Of a stretch of 64,000 nucleotides of DNA, positions 1-9,612 are shown piece after piece (positions within the stretch are counted from its first letter, which is position 1; each line of letters opens with the position of its first letter). Under the pieces are notes generated by a model. The model was not told the DNA's origin. It saw only the letters and a program-made list of their open reading frames with translations, and made no database searches. This DNA is from an uncultured Armatimonadetes bacterium (lineage in GTDB: Bacteria; Armatimonadota; Hebobacteria; Hebobacterales; Hebobacteraceae), in contig OY970296.1 in NCBI GenBank assembly GCA_963716175.1, forward strand, positions 1,888,001 to 1,952,000. The letters are read 5' to 3'. The translations under genes and the position numbers were made by a program.

Positions 1-1010
1 ACCACCTTTTCCGGGCGCAGCTCTCTGTGCGCCGCCATTATCTCGTCAGGGGAGCCCCAGAAGTGAATAGCTTTGCCCTTAGCCTGAAGGCGCTTGTACA
101 AGTCCAGGTAGTCAATGGGATCGCCGCGGCCGGCGCCCATCTGATACTGGATGGTGTAGATGCCAGCGCTACGGCAGAGCAGATCCTCGTGCACAAGCTG
201 AGTCGGGCCGTCCCAGTGGTAGTAGACGTTTCCCACGATAGCGGCCTCCTCCTCCAGCGCCGGCAAGGCCCAACGCTCAAACATCGCCGGACTGATCATG
301 GCCCCGAAGTCACACTGCAGGATATCGGCGCCTTGCATCGAGTAGAGGATATTGCAGAACCCACGCTCTCGCATCTTCCCCGCCTCGACGACTTGGCTCC
401 AGATGCTCGGGAAGATCGCACGCCCGGAATGCATCGCTTCGTCAATCACCTCTGGCTGCTCCACGAGGTCCACGCACAGCCGGTCCCGCCCCCGGATCGC
501 GGCAAGGAGGTCCATGTTGGTGTGCCAGTCGAGCGTTCGCAACAGCATCTTCCCTTCGAGCCGCTCCGCCGCCAGCCGCAGGAACGCGATCTGCCTCCGC
601 CAGAGGGGATGCTCCTCGTTGAACCTGAGCGGCAGCGCGTCTTCCCATCGCTCCACGAACGGCACTGACCAGTTGGTATCCCCTGACGCTTCATTCCAGC
701 GCAGCTCGGCCCCGCAGAATACGGCGATTGCATCAGGGGCAAAGCTCAGATAGCAGCTCGGAACGGCATCGCCCCCATAGTAGGTGCTGCTGGCTTGCTC
801 GAGGACCTGGTCGAGCGTGGCGTTCATGTCGCCGAACACGAGGTCGTGGTAGGAGCGCTCGTACCAGGGATTGGCGCCTTGGCGTAGAGGAGCTAGCACC
901 TGGAGCAAAGGACGATCTATGATCTCCCCTGCGTAGAAGGCTTCATAACGCCTTGCCGCGTCGGCGAGATCCGGCTTGAACTCAAGTGGATACGGTCGCG
1001 CTGTGCTCAC
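1..1010 (-). CDS. Uroporphyrinogen decarboxylase-like / corrinoid methyltransferase-like TIM-barrel protein (3' end runs off window)
   Basis: Absent from the ORF track because its stop lies outside the window. Hand translation from GTG 1010 after AGGAG SD: VSTARPYPLEFKPDLADAARRYEAFYAGEIIDRP...LQCDFGAMISPAMFERWALPALEEE...YYHWDGP. The CDF..MISP..F and YHxDG motifs are typical of the URO-D-like family. Confidence 0.7.
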   Translation of the reverse strand, partial: MSTARPYPLEFKPDLADAARRYEAFYAGEIIDRPLLQVLAPLRQGANPWYERSYHDLVFGDMNATLDQVLEQASSTYYGGDAVPSCYLSFAPDAIAVFCGAELRWNEASGDTNWSVPFVERWEDALPLRFNEEHPLWRRQIAFLRLAAERLEGKMLLRTLDWHTNMDLLAAIRGRDRLCVDLVEQPEVIDEAMHSGRAIFPSIWSQVVEAGKMRERGFCNILYSMQGADILQCDFGAMISPAMFERWALPALEEEAAIVGNVYYHWDGPTQLVHEDLLCRSAGIYTIQYQMGAGRGDPIDYLDLYKRLQAKGKAIHFWGSPDEIMAAHRELRPEKV

Positions 1011-1340
1011 ACAGACTCCTGAGCCCGCGGTGCTCTGGTGATGAAACCCACGGCAGTCGAGCGCCGCCGAGCAAGTATCAGGCAATGAACTCAACTGAAG
1101 TAGTCACTTCGCCGCAGCACCGTCGCAGCCTTGGCCTGACGTGTTGGTTCGCTGCAGGAACAGCAGGATCATGGGCAAGGCCACCGGCGGATCAGCGCGC
1201 CCCCAGAAGGGGACCGGCGCTCTTCAGACGAAAGGCCACGACTGCTTGGCAGAAGTAGACGGCCGCCTGGAACGAGTGGGGACGTCGCCTGATCCCAGAA
1301 GAGGATCGGGGCGTGATCGAGGGATCGGGAGGAACACCGC

Positions 1341-2978
1341 ATGCTGCGCACGCTGATGCTCGTAGCCCCATGGGGCGCCCTGGCGCTATTGGCCTTGGGC
1401 CCGGCCTGGGCGGCACGGGTCCCTGTCATCGCTACCGGCTGGGACTCACCCACCGCCAGCCAGTTCCGCGCGGGCCTCACCGCGTTCGAACGATGGGGCG
1501 TCTTTGACGGCACCACCTTACGAGCGACGCGGCGCATGCCGGACGGAGAGGAGCGAGAAGCACTCAACGCCTTCTCCCGCGAGCACTGGACCTGGCAAGA
1601 GTTTGCTCCGGCACTGGCAGACCTGAAGGCCGCGCAGCCGACCACCTGTCGTGAGAACTACCTGATGCTCTACTCCAATCCCGGCGACGTGGACTGGTTC
1701 GACGAGGCCGGCTGGCGGGAGATCACCGACCATTGGCGACTCCTGTCCCGGTTGGCGAGACAGGGGGGTCTGCGCGGGCTCCTCTTTGACGCTGAGCCCT
1801 ACACCTCGCCGTACTCGCAGTACCTCTATCGCGCGCAGCCTGGGTGGGGAGAACGCGCCTTTGCCGAGTACCGCGCCAAGGCGCGGGAGCGCGGCCGCCA
1901 GGTGATGAGCGCCGTGCGCGCCGAGTTCCCTGACGCGACCATCTTCTGCTATCGCCTGTTCTCCGACATGCTGGGCCTGCTGGACGCGGGCGATCTCGGC
2001 CGGGCGCTGGAGCCGGATACCTACGGTCTGCTGCCAGCGTTCGTGGACGGGTGGCTCGATGAGATGCCGCCCACCATGCGCGTGATTGAGGGCACAGAGG
2101 ACATCGGCTACCGCGCCAACTCCCCGGCCGAGTATGACCGCGCCTTCACTCGGCTAACGCTCGGTATGCCTGACTTCGTCGCGCCGGAGCATCGGACAAA
2201 GGTGCGGCGCCAGTTCTGCGTCGGCCACAGTCTGTATCTGGACGCCTACGCGAATCCCCCCGGCAACTCCTGGTACATAGACCCAATGGGCAGCACGCCG
2301 GCGGCTCGGCTGTCAGCGAACCTCGCGTCAGCGCTGGCGGCAAGTGACGGCCTGGTGTGGCTATACGGTGAGCGGGGCCGGTGGTGGCCCACCGGTGACT
2401 CAGGGCAGCCAATGTGGCCCGAGAGGCTGCCGGGGGTCATCACCGCCATTCGCCGGGCCAAGGACCCGACTGGCTTCGCACGCGAGGTGTTCGGCCGGGC
2501 GCCAGCACCCCGGAACCTGCTCGAGAACGGCGACTTCCTCGTCCGCGGTCCTTCCCCGGAGGGCCCGCCCAGCGGCTGGTTCGAGTGGCAGGACGATTCC
2601 TCGCATGGCCAAGTGACCGGCATCCCGGGCCAGGTAGAGCTGCGCGGCGTGCTCGAAGGCTCCGTCGGCTGCCTGACGACAGTGCAGCCCGGCCGCACCT
2701 ATGCCGTGCGGCTACGCGCCAAGACCGCGGGGCGGGCGTTGGCCAGCCTGGACATCGGGTGGAAGACCACAGACGGCAAGTGGACCGCGTACGCGCAGGA
2801 CCGGCGCTTCGTGGGCGACAGAGCCGCCGACGCCGACGGGTGGCGGGAGATCGTCGGCCTGGTCGAGGTGCCGCCGGGCGCCGGCCAGCTCTCGTTTACA
2901 GCGTGTGCGCGCGGCCAGGTGAGCGCGGCCGACCGTTGCTGGTTCAAAGACGCGGCCCTGGTCGAGGTCGGGGAATGA
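1341..2978 (+). CDS. Secreted hypothetical protein, GH-like barrel plus C-terminal CBM-like domain
   Basis: 545 aa, GGAGG SD, signal peptide, GLLFDAEPY motif, C-terminal NLLENGDF CBM4/9-like start. Confidence 0.65.
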   Translation: MLRTLMLVAPWGALALLALGPAWAARVPVIATGWDSPTASQFRAGLTAFERWGVFDGTTLRATRRMPDGEEREALNAFSREHWTWQEFAPALADLKAAQPTTCRENYLMLYSNPGDVDWFDEAGWREITDHWRLLSRLARQGGLRGLLFDAEPYTSPYSQYLYRAQPGWGERAFAEYRAKARERGRQVMSAVRAEFPDATIFCYRLFSDMLGLLDAGDLGRALEPDTYGLLPAFVDGWLDEMPPTMRVIEGTEDIGYRANSPAEYDRAFTRLTLGMPDFVAPEHRTKVRRQFCVGHSLYLDAYANPPGNSWYIDPMGSTPAARLSANLASALAASDGLVWLYGERGRWWPTGDSGQPMWPERLPGVITAIRRAKDPTGFAREVFGRAPAPRNLLENGDFLVRGPSPEGPPSGWFEWQDDSSHGQVTGIPGQVELRGVLEGSVGCLTTVQPGRTYAVRLRAKTAGRALASLDIGWKTTDGKWTAYAQDRRFVGDRAADADGWREIVGLVEVPPGAGQLSFTACARGQVSAADRCWFKDAALVEVGE

Positions 2979-3139
2979 GGGTGCTGACCGCGAGGCGCGC
3001 CGCAGTTCGGGTTATTGGCGGGGCGACCCCGTGTGGGGAAGCCTGTGATAGCGACCCAGCAGCTGAATGCAACAGACGGAGGGAGGCAACGCCGCCGGGC
3101 GTAGCGCGGGTTCGATTGCCCGGCGCCAGAGGAAACTCA

Positions 3140-3260
3140 ACTCATCCCCGAAACCCGAACCTCGTCCACAGAAAATGAGTGTTTGTAGATGGGTCTAGTT
3201 TCCTCCACCTCTTCGGAATTGAACTCCGATCTGCCGACGCCCGGCTCCCCAGGTCAGCCT
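3140..3260 (+). repeat. Module A: degenerate tandem repeat units (CTCGTC..GAG..GTTTCCTCCACC..GAAC)
   Basis: gaaacccgaacctcgtccac...gtttcctccacctcttcggaattgaac...cccaggtcag matches 6536-6883, 16229-16460 and 29111-29466. Confidence 0.6.
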
Positions 3261-3549
3261 ACTCACTGCCGGAACTGGCATTCTCGGCCGGCAACGGACG
3301 TTCTCGCTAACGACACCGCGGGCGCTGTCGAGCCAAGACTTCTGACACTGTCCCGCGAGGGAAGCAGATCCCCAGCAGTGAACAAGCCTGTTATGCGGCC
3401 AGTCCGCTGGCGCTACGGACGTAGCGGGTGCTTGCTCGAGCGGCGCCGAGGGTGGGACGGGGCGGTGCAGTCGGCGAACTGGCCGCTGACTTGGGAAGAG
3501 CCGGCCTCAAGCTGGCGCGACTGCTGGCGGACGAGGGAGGAAACGCGCG

Positions 3550-6207
3550 ATGAAACTGGGTCGCCTATCGGGGAACGGCGAGGGTGCACTGGTCGACGGC
3601 AGCTACTGTTACCGCCGTCGAGGGCTGGAGGAGGTACTGCTCCCCGAGCTAGCGCCGGATGCTGGCGGCGGTAGTGCCTGGATTCCCTTCTCAGAGGGCG
3701 ATCTGACCAGCGGCGGCCCCATGGCGGAGGTAGGGTGGAGGGGATCGGCCGTGGGCGAGATCGGGGTGGATATCGTCATTGACATGAGGGAGATGTGCTT
3801 CCTGGATCGAGTCGTCCTGCGCCAGTCCTCTCGCGGAAATCCCCTAGGCGCGGGGCCAAAGCTGGCGGGCAAGGAGGACGCGGAGAAGGCGGACCGTGTC
3901 GCGCCTACCGGTCCGGGTGAGGTGGAGGTCTATGCCAGGGGCCATGATGGCATCCTCGTCCTGGCGGGCCGATTGGGGGATAGGGAGCAAGTGGACCCCT
4001 TGCCGCAGGAAGTGATCACCGTCGAGCTGGGCATCGAAGCGAGGGAGATGGTGGTCCGGTTGTACTCCCTGAACCGGGATATCAGGCTGAAGCAACTGGA
4101 GATATGGGGGGCGGCGGTCGAGGAGCCAAGGCTGTTCCCGATTCCGCAGACACTCCAGCTCGCCGAGGGCGACAAGGGTTTCCGCCTGACGGGTGCGGCC
4201 GAAATCCTTCTTGGGGCCCAGGCCTCGGGTGATAGTGTGTTCGCCGCGACCTTGCTCGCGGAGAAGCTACAGGAGGACTTCGGCCTGAGCATCCCGGTGG
4301 TGCGGGAAGGCCACGGGCGGCGCCCCGGCAAGTTGATCGCACTGGGCAAACCCGGCGAGTGCCGGGCCCTGGACAAGGCCATGGGTTCGCCCCAGTTGCG
4401 GCCGGAAGGGTACGTGCTGACGGTCCGCGGGAATGCCGCGCTGCTCATGGCCCCGGATCGAAGGGGCCTGATCTACGGGACGGAGGCCCTCCTGCAACTG
4501 CTGGGGCGCGGTGGCGGCAAGCCTGTGGCGGAGGCGTGCATCATCGAGGATTACCCCCGGATGCCGCACCGGGGTGTTCACATCTTCCTGCCCGCGAGAG
4601 AGGACCTGCCCTTCATCAGGCGTTTGATCCGCAATGTGCTGGCGCCCATGCGGATGAACGAGATCTTCCTTCAGGTTACCGCGGGCATGAAGTTCGACCG
4701 GCGCCTCGAGATCAACGAGGTCTGGGAACGAGAGAACAGGAAGGCGGCCGAGGGGGAAGTGCCGCCGATGCCCCATGGCGAGCTCGGCGGTGGGAGCTAT
4801 CTGACTAAGGCAGAGGTCAGGGATCTGGTGCACTATGCCCGTGAGTACGGGTTCGACGTGATCCCGGAAATCCAGTCCCTGAGCCACGTGGAGTACCTGA
4901 CGGCGACCTATCCTGAGATCGCGGAAGAGCCAGGAGTGATCCATCCCGACTCCTACTGTCCGCTGCACCCCGAGAGCCATAAGATTGTCTTCGACCTGAT
5001 TGACGAGGTCATGGAGGTGTTCGGCCCGCTCCGGTACATCGAGATGGGACACGACGAGGTCTACACCATGGGGGTCTGCGAGCGGTGCCGCGGCAAGACC
5101 CGGGCGGAGCTCTTTGCAGCCGACGTGAACGCGATCTACCAGTACCTGAAGAGCAAGGGCCTGGGCATGATGATCTGGGCGGACATGGTGCAGGACTTTC
5201 GCTACTACGGCGCGCCGGATGCCATCGACATGATCCCGAAGGACATCATCATGATGGACTTCGTCTGGTACTTCCGGACTGAAGACGACATCGAGGACCG
5301 GCTGCTGGATCACGGCTTCCAGGTGATGATGGGGAACTTCTACTCCTCCCACTACACCCGGTTCACCTCCCGGAGCGCCAAGCCAGGCATCATCGGCGCG
5401 GAGGTCTCGACCTGGTGCCGTGCGAACGAGCAGAACTTCGCGATCCACGGCAAGCTCTATGACTTCATCTACTCGGCCAACATGCTCTGGGGCCCGCACT
5501 ACGCGGACCAGCTGCGGTGGACCATGGACCACAAGATCTCCCAGCTGATGCCACACATCCGGGCGAAGCTGCGTGGGATCTCGCAGCTCGAACCGAGGAA
5601 GTACGCGCCGGTGGATCTCTCTGCCGCCTATACGGCGCCGCTTCGGGACGCAACGGGGACTCGGGGAGGCTATGACCTATCAGGCCTACCAAAGGGAAAG
5701 CTCGTGAGGAGGGGCGTGCCCTTCCGCATCGGCGAGGGAGTAGTCCTGGTCGGAGGCAACCAGGCGCGCGATCTGGGGCCCTCCTCCGCGGAGGTGCCGT
5801 TGGGTCCCAGGTTCGATGGCCTGATCTTCCTTCACGCCTCGTCCACCAATGGCCCGCTTCACCGTTCCATCGGGCGCTATGAAGTTCTCTACACCGACGG
5901 GTCGGTTGCGTCGGTCTCGGCGGACTACGGCAGCAATGTCGCGGAATGGAGCCGCAGACACGGCGCACCGCTGGTGCACGCCGCCCATCGCCATGCAGGA
6001 TACATCGCCACTTACCTGGTGGACCCCATGATCCAGGGGAAGACCGCGGGCGGCGAGGACTTCACTCTCCTTGGCCTGGAGTGGTCCAACCCCACTCCCG
6101 AGAAGCAGATCCGCGCCCTTCGTATCGTCGGCCCGGAAACGGCGACAGATAGCTCGCTGCTTCTGGTGGCGGTAACGGGCGTGATGTCGTGGGGCGGATC
6201 CAGATGA
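3550..6207 (+). CDS. GH20 family beta-N-acetylhexosaminidase, multidomain
   Basis: PEGYVL, IEDYPRMPHRG, IPEIQSLSH and GHDE catalytic motifs. Confidence 0.85.
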   Translation: MKLGRLSGNGEGALVDGSYCYRRRGLEEVLLPELAPDAGGGSAWIPFSEGDLTSGGPMAEVGWRGSAVGEIGVDIVIDMREMCFLDRVVLRQSSRGNPLGAGPKLAGKEDAEKADRVAPTGPGEVEVYARGHDGILVLAGRLGDREQVDPLPQEVITVELGIEAREMVVRLYSLNRDIRLKQLEIWGAAVEEPRLFPIPQTLQLAEGDKGFRLTGAAEILLGAQASGDSVFAATLLAEKLQEDFGLSIPVVREGHGRRPGKLIALGKPGECRALDKAMGSPQLRPEGYVLTVRGNAALLMAPDRRGLIYGTEALLQLLGRGGGKPVAEACIIEDYPRMPHRGVHIFLPAREDLPFIRRLIRNVLAPMRMNEIFLQVTAGMKFDRRLEINEVWERENRKAAEGEVPPMPHGELGGGSYLTKAEVRDLVHYAREYGFDVIPEIQSLSHVEYLTATYPEIAEEPGVIHPDSYCPLHPESHKIVFDLIDEVMEVFGPLRYIEMGHDEVYTMGVCERCRGKTRAELFAADVNAIYQYLKSKGLGMMIWADMVQDFRYYGAPDAIDMIPKDIIMMDFVWYFRTEDDIEDRLLDHGFQVMMGNFYSSHYTRFTSRSAKPGIIGAEVSTWCRANEQNFAIHGKLYDFIYSANMLWGPHYADQLRWTMDHKISQLMPHIRAKLRGISQLEPRKYAPVDLSAAYTAPLRDATGTRGGYDLSGLPKGKLVRRGVPFRIGEGVVLVGGNQARDLGPSSAEVPLGPRFDGLIFLHASSTNGPLHRSIGRYEVLYTDGSVASVSADYGSNVAEWSRRHGAPLVHAAHRHAGYIATYLVDPMIQGKTAGGEDFTLLGLEWSNPTPEKQIRALRIVGPETATDSSLLLVAVTGVMSWGGSR

Positions 6208-6304
6208 TCTACTGCAGGTGAGGCGCTCGCCTGGTTGAGGCCCCCGGTTCCTGTCCTGTCTGACCTGCTCCTATGGCCAGGCATAGGTGCTAGCGATGCC
6301 CGTG

Positions 6305-6357
6305 TGTCAACCAGTGTCGGGAACTGACCCGCCATCGGTGTCCGAAACCAACCCACT
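6305..6357 (+). mobile_element. Isolated IS21-like terminal repeat remnant
   Basis: TGTCAACC start followed by two internal repeats (gtgtcgggaactgaccc / gtgtccgaaaccaaccc), as in IS21 ends; no istA/istB follows. Confidence 0.5.
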
Positions 6358-6535
6358 CTGGCCGGCCGGACTCGCTCGCAGTGGTCGCCTGGAGGCTCGT
6401 GACAGCGCTCCCAACCCCACGTCTGCTAGGTCAGTCAGCGGCGCCAATGGCCCTCCTTGATGGGTCAGTATTGTATGCCGACTGATACACGTGCTGACAG
6501 ACGTCCGTCGGCGTAGCACGGCAACCCATGCCGCT

Positions 6536-6883
6536 GAGACTGACAGCGCGGGTTCCATTCTCACTCGGTCACCGCGCGGAACTGCCTAACGCCCGTCCAC
6601 AGCCGGAGAGAGTCTCGTTCTCAGGGACGGTTCCCCCACCATTCGCGAGTAGAACCTCGTCTCACGGCGGGGAGTGTCTCGATCACCTTGAGACTACAGC
6701 GCGGTTTCAATTCTCACTGCCTAATCCAAACGTGCCTGTCAGCGAACTCCGGAATCCGTCCACAGCCAGAGAGAGTTTCGTTCCCAGGAACGTTTCCTCC
6801 ACCTCTTGCGAATCAGAAACCGAGTCTCGTCTAGAGAAGGTTTGATCCCAGGTCAGTTTCAACACCTCCTGGGAATCGAAACC
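6536..6883 (+). repeat. Module A: about 5 degenerate tandem units of 64-88 bp
   Basis: GTT(T)C...G(A)AAC motifs near 6552, 6630, 6704, 6792 and 6856; ccgtccacagccRgagagagtYtcgttc is repeated; 6630-6860 is homologous to 29163-29400. Confidence 0.75.
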
Positions 6884-6918
6884 CCGTGCTATCCAGAAAC
6901 TCATCGGCGTGGTCCAGA
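6883..6918 (-). mobile_element. Right-end remnant of the integrase-core-type IS (module B family)
   Basis: cccgtgctatccagaaactcatcggcgtggtccaga is nearly identical to 24216-24251. Confidence 0.7.
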
Positions 6919-7120
6919 CGCGCGAGCAGCGGCGGGACGTCAGCGCCGGTGGAAAGTGGTAGAATACCGGATACTTCCCGACTTGCCACGTCATGTATAC
7001 ACGGGCACAACGGGGTGGCAGCATACCGGCGCAAGTCCGTCATTGCCAGGCCTGTGGAGGCGATAGCCCACGACTTCTGACAGAACCGGCTTCTTCAACT
7101 GAAGGCGAGGAGGACCTCCT

Positions 7121-8605
7121 ATGAATGCGAATTACAAACAGCACCGTGCTATTCTGCAGAGCATCGCCCGCAGGGCAATGCTTGAAAGAGGGTTACTTCC
7201 TGACTTCTCCCCCGAAGCGCTCGCCGAACTTGGCAGGATTCAGGCGCCGGCAGCAATGAACGGTGAGCCAGCTCGCGATCTGCGGGACCTGCTGTGGGCT
7301 TCCATTGACAACGATGACTCCCGTGATCTAGATCAGCTTACCGTTGCCAAGGCCATGCCGGGAGATAAGGTCAAGATGCTGGTGGCCTTGGCGGACGTGG
7401 ACTCGCTCGTCGAGACGGGCTCAGCCATTGACGAACACGCTCGCCACAATACGACCTCGGTCTATACCGCGGCCGAGGTATTCCCCATGCTCCCTGAGAA
7501 GCTCTCCACCGATCTCACTTCCCTGAATTTCAATGAAGAGCGCCTATCCATCGTCGTTGAAATGGCGATTGGCGCGGACGGATCCCTTCAGGATTCCGAT
7601 ATCTACCGGGCGCGTGTCCGCAATCATGCGAAGCTCGCCTATAACAGCGTGGCGGCCTGGCTGGACGAGAGCGGCCCTATGCCTGAGGCGATCGCCGCCG
7701 CAAATGGACTTGGTGAGAATCTGCGCCTGCAGGACCGGGTAGCACAGCGCATGAAGAACCTTCGGCATGTCCACGGCGCGCTTGGTCTTGAGACTATTGA
7801 GGCGAGACCGATATTCGACGGCGATGAAATCCGTGATCTCGAAGTGGAGGAGAAGAACCGCGCCAAGGACATCATCGAGGATTTCATGATCGCGGCCAAC
7901 GGCGTGATCGCCCGGTATCTCACATCACGCAACCTTCCCTCAATCCGCCGGGTGGTCCGCACCCCAAGGCGATGGGAACGGATCGTCGAGATCGCCGAGG
8001 CACACGGGTTCAAGCTTCCTGATAACCCGGATTCCAAAGCGCTGGAGGCGTTTCTAACAAAGGAGAAAGCCGCCGACCCGCTTCGGTTCCCTGATCTATC
8101 CCTCTCTGTGATTAAACTCCTGGGAACTGGTGAATACATTGCAGAACTCCCAGGCGACCCGGCCCCAGGGCACTTCGGTCTCGCGGTCAGGGACTATACC
8201 CATTCCACAGCTCCCAATCGCCGGTATACAGATCTGATCACACAACGCTTACTGAAGGCCGCCATAGCGGGGAGGTCTTCGCCCTATAGCAAGGATGAAC
8301 TGGATACTCTGGCCGAGCATTGTACAGAAGAAGAGGATGCCGCTGACAAAGTCGAACGGCAGGTCGGAAAGTCCGCGGCTGCGCTTCTCCTGGAATCGAG
8401 AATCGGAGAACAGTTTGACACCCTGGTCACGGGCGCTTCTTCGAAGGGCACCTGGGTCCGGCTTCTCAAGATGCCTGTCGAGGGGAGGCTGGTGCATGGG
8501 TTCGAGGGCATCGATGTCGGCGACCGGATTCGCGTGCGGCTGATATCCGTAGATGTTGAGCGGGGATATATCGATTTTCGGAAGGTTGGCCGATCAGAAC
8601 ATTGA
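7121..8605 (+). CDS. RNB-domain exoribonuclease (RNase II/R family)
   Basis: SIDNDDSRDLDQ catalytic motif, YTHSTAPNRRYTDL, C-terminal S1 domain, AGGAGG SD. Confidence 0.9.
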   Translation: MNANYKQHRAILQSIARRAMLERGLLPDFSPEALAELGRIQAPAAMNGEPARDLRDLLWASIDNDDSRDLDQLTVAKAMPGDKVKMLVALADVDSLVETGSAIDEHARHNTTSVYTAAEVFPMLPEKLSTDLTSLNFNEERLSIVVEMAIGADGSLQDSDIYRARVRNHAKLAYNSVAAWLDESGPMPEAIAAANGLGENLRLQDRVAQRMKNLRHVHGALGLETIEARPIFDGDEIRDLEVEEKNRAKDIIEDFMIAANGVIARYLTSRNLPSIRRVVRTPRRWERIVEIAEAHGFKLPDNPDSKALEAFLTKEKAADPLRFPDLSLSVIKLLGTGEYIAELPGDPAPGHFGLAVRDYTHSTAPNRRYTDLITQRLLKAAIAGRSSPYSKDELDTLAEHCTEEEDAADKVERQVGKSAAALLLESRIGEQFDTLVTGASSKGTWVRLLKMPVEGRLVHGFEGIDVGDRIRVRLISVDVERGYIDFRKVGRSEH

Positions 8606-8825
8606 TGTTGTAGCTGGCCCGAGCACCCGCGCAACCGAGGAAAGACATGGCTGCAAGCCGGTAGGCGGGGATGCCGGTGTCAGCAAAGACAGCGCCGCGC
8701 CGCTAAACGGTCCCATGTGGCAGGTTCATCCTCGCGCCGGCGCGCAAGCTAAGGAACCGGTCATGGGGCGTCCCTTCGCCAATCGGCGCCGACGGGTCGT
8801 GCTACCAGGGGGGCAGCTCCGCCCA

Positions 8826-9401
8826 TTAGCCCTCTTCCCGCGGCACTCTGGCAGCTGGCCTGCGCCTCCGTGCTCGGTACGAATGCAGGAGTCTGGTCAT
8901 GAGCCGATGTGGATCGGAATCTGCGATCAGCGCGGCCCCCGTCCTCTTGGCGACGATCCGGACGATGTCGCCGACATGGTCGGCCACACCGCCGGTCCCC
9001 TCGAGGACGCCGATGAGCTTCCCTTCGTCATAGGCAATGCTGAATTCACCCAGCGTGCCGGAGTGTCCGCCGATCAGGATCACGACGTCACAGGAGCGGA
9101 TGCCGGTGACCTCACGTCCCATCAGACCGTCACCCGTGTAGATCAGGACGTCGAACTCCTGATAGGGCGAGCGGTACTTCGTGATGTGCTCCTGCAGGTT
9201 CAGCGCGGGCGAGATACCCACGATCATCCCACCCGACTGGCGGCAACCCCGGACCGCTTCATAGGGTAGGCCTGGACAGGCGCCTGTGACCAGAACGCAG
9301 TCATGTCCCGCGATTGCGCGCCCTAGCTCGTATGCCTTCTGGCGGGCGTGCCTCGGGATTCTACCGCCGGCCGATCCCATCACCCCTACCTGGATCTTCA
9401 A
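8826..9401 (-). CDS. LOG/SLOG family (TIGR00725-like) nucleotide-binding protein
   Basis: GVMGSA, LVTGACPGLP and GGHSGTLGEF motifs; TTG start at 9401 after AGGAGG. Confidence 0.8.
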   Translation of the reverse strand: MKIQVGVMGSAGGRIPRHARQKAYELGRAIAGHDCVLVTGACPGLPYEAVRGCRQSGGMIVGISPALNLQEHITKYRSPYQEFDVLIYTGDGLMGREVTGIRSCDVVILIGGHSGTLGEFSIAYDEGKLIGVLEGTGGVADHVGDIVRIVAKRTGAALIADSDPHRLMTRLLHSYRARRRRPAARVPREEG

Positions 9402-9612
9402 CCTCGCTTCCTCCTTTTCAGCCTGACTTCGCCCTCCGAGCGCAGCGCCCGACACATCATGAGGCCGGCGAATAGACATTATCTGTTCGGGCAGGAGGCC
9501 TCCGCACCTACCCGATGGTGGTACTCGCGCGCTGGTCACGTATGGCCCCGGGTGGGGATGTCGAGGCCCGCAGGATCGTTCGACGAGTCTGCCACCTCCT
9601 CCCCAACCAGAC

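Noticed and set aside
3304-3397. Possible integron attC (gctaac...gttatgc)
   Set aside because: R boxes are poorly complementary, there are no clear L boxes, it is not at a gene 3' end and no integrase is present
6536-6883. Canonical CRISPR array
   Set aside because: The repeats are too divergent, spacing is irregular (64-88 bp), the spacers resemble each other and no cas genes are present; kept only as a degenerate repeat
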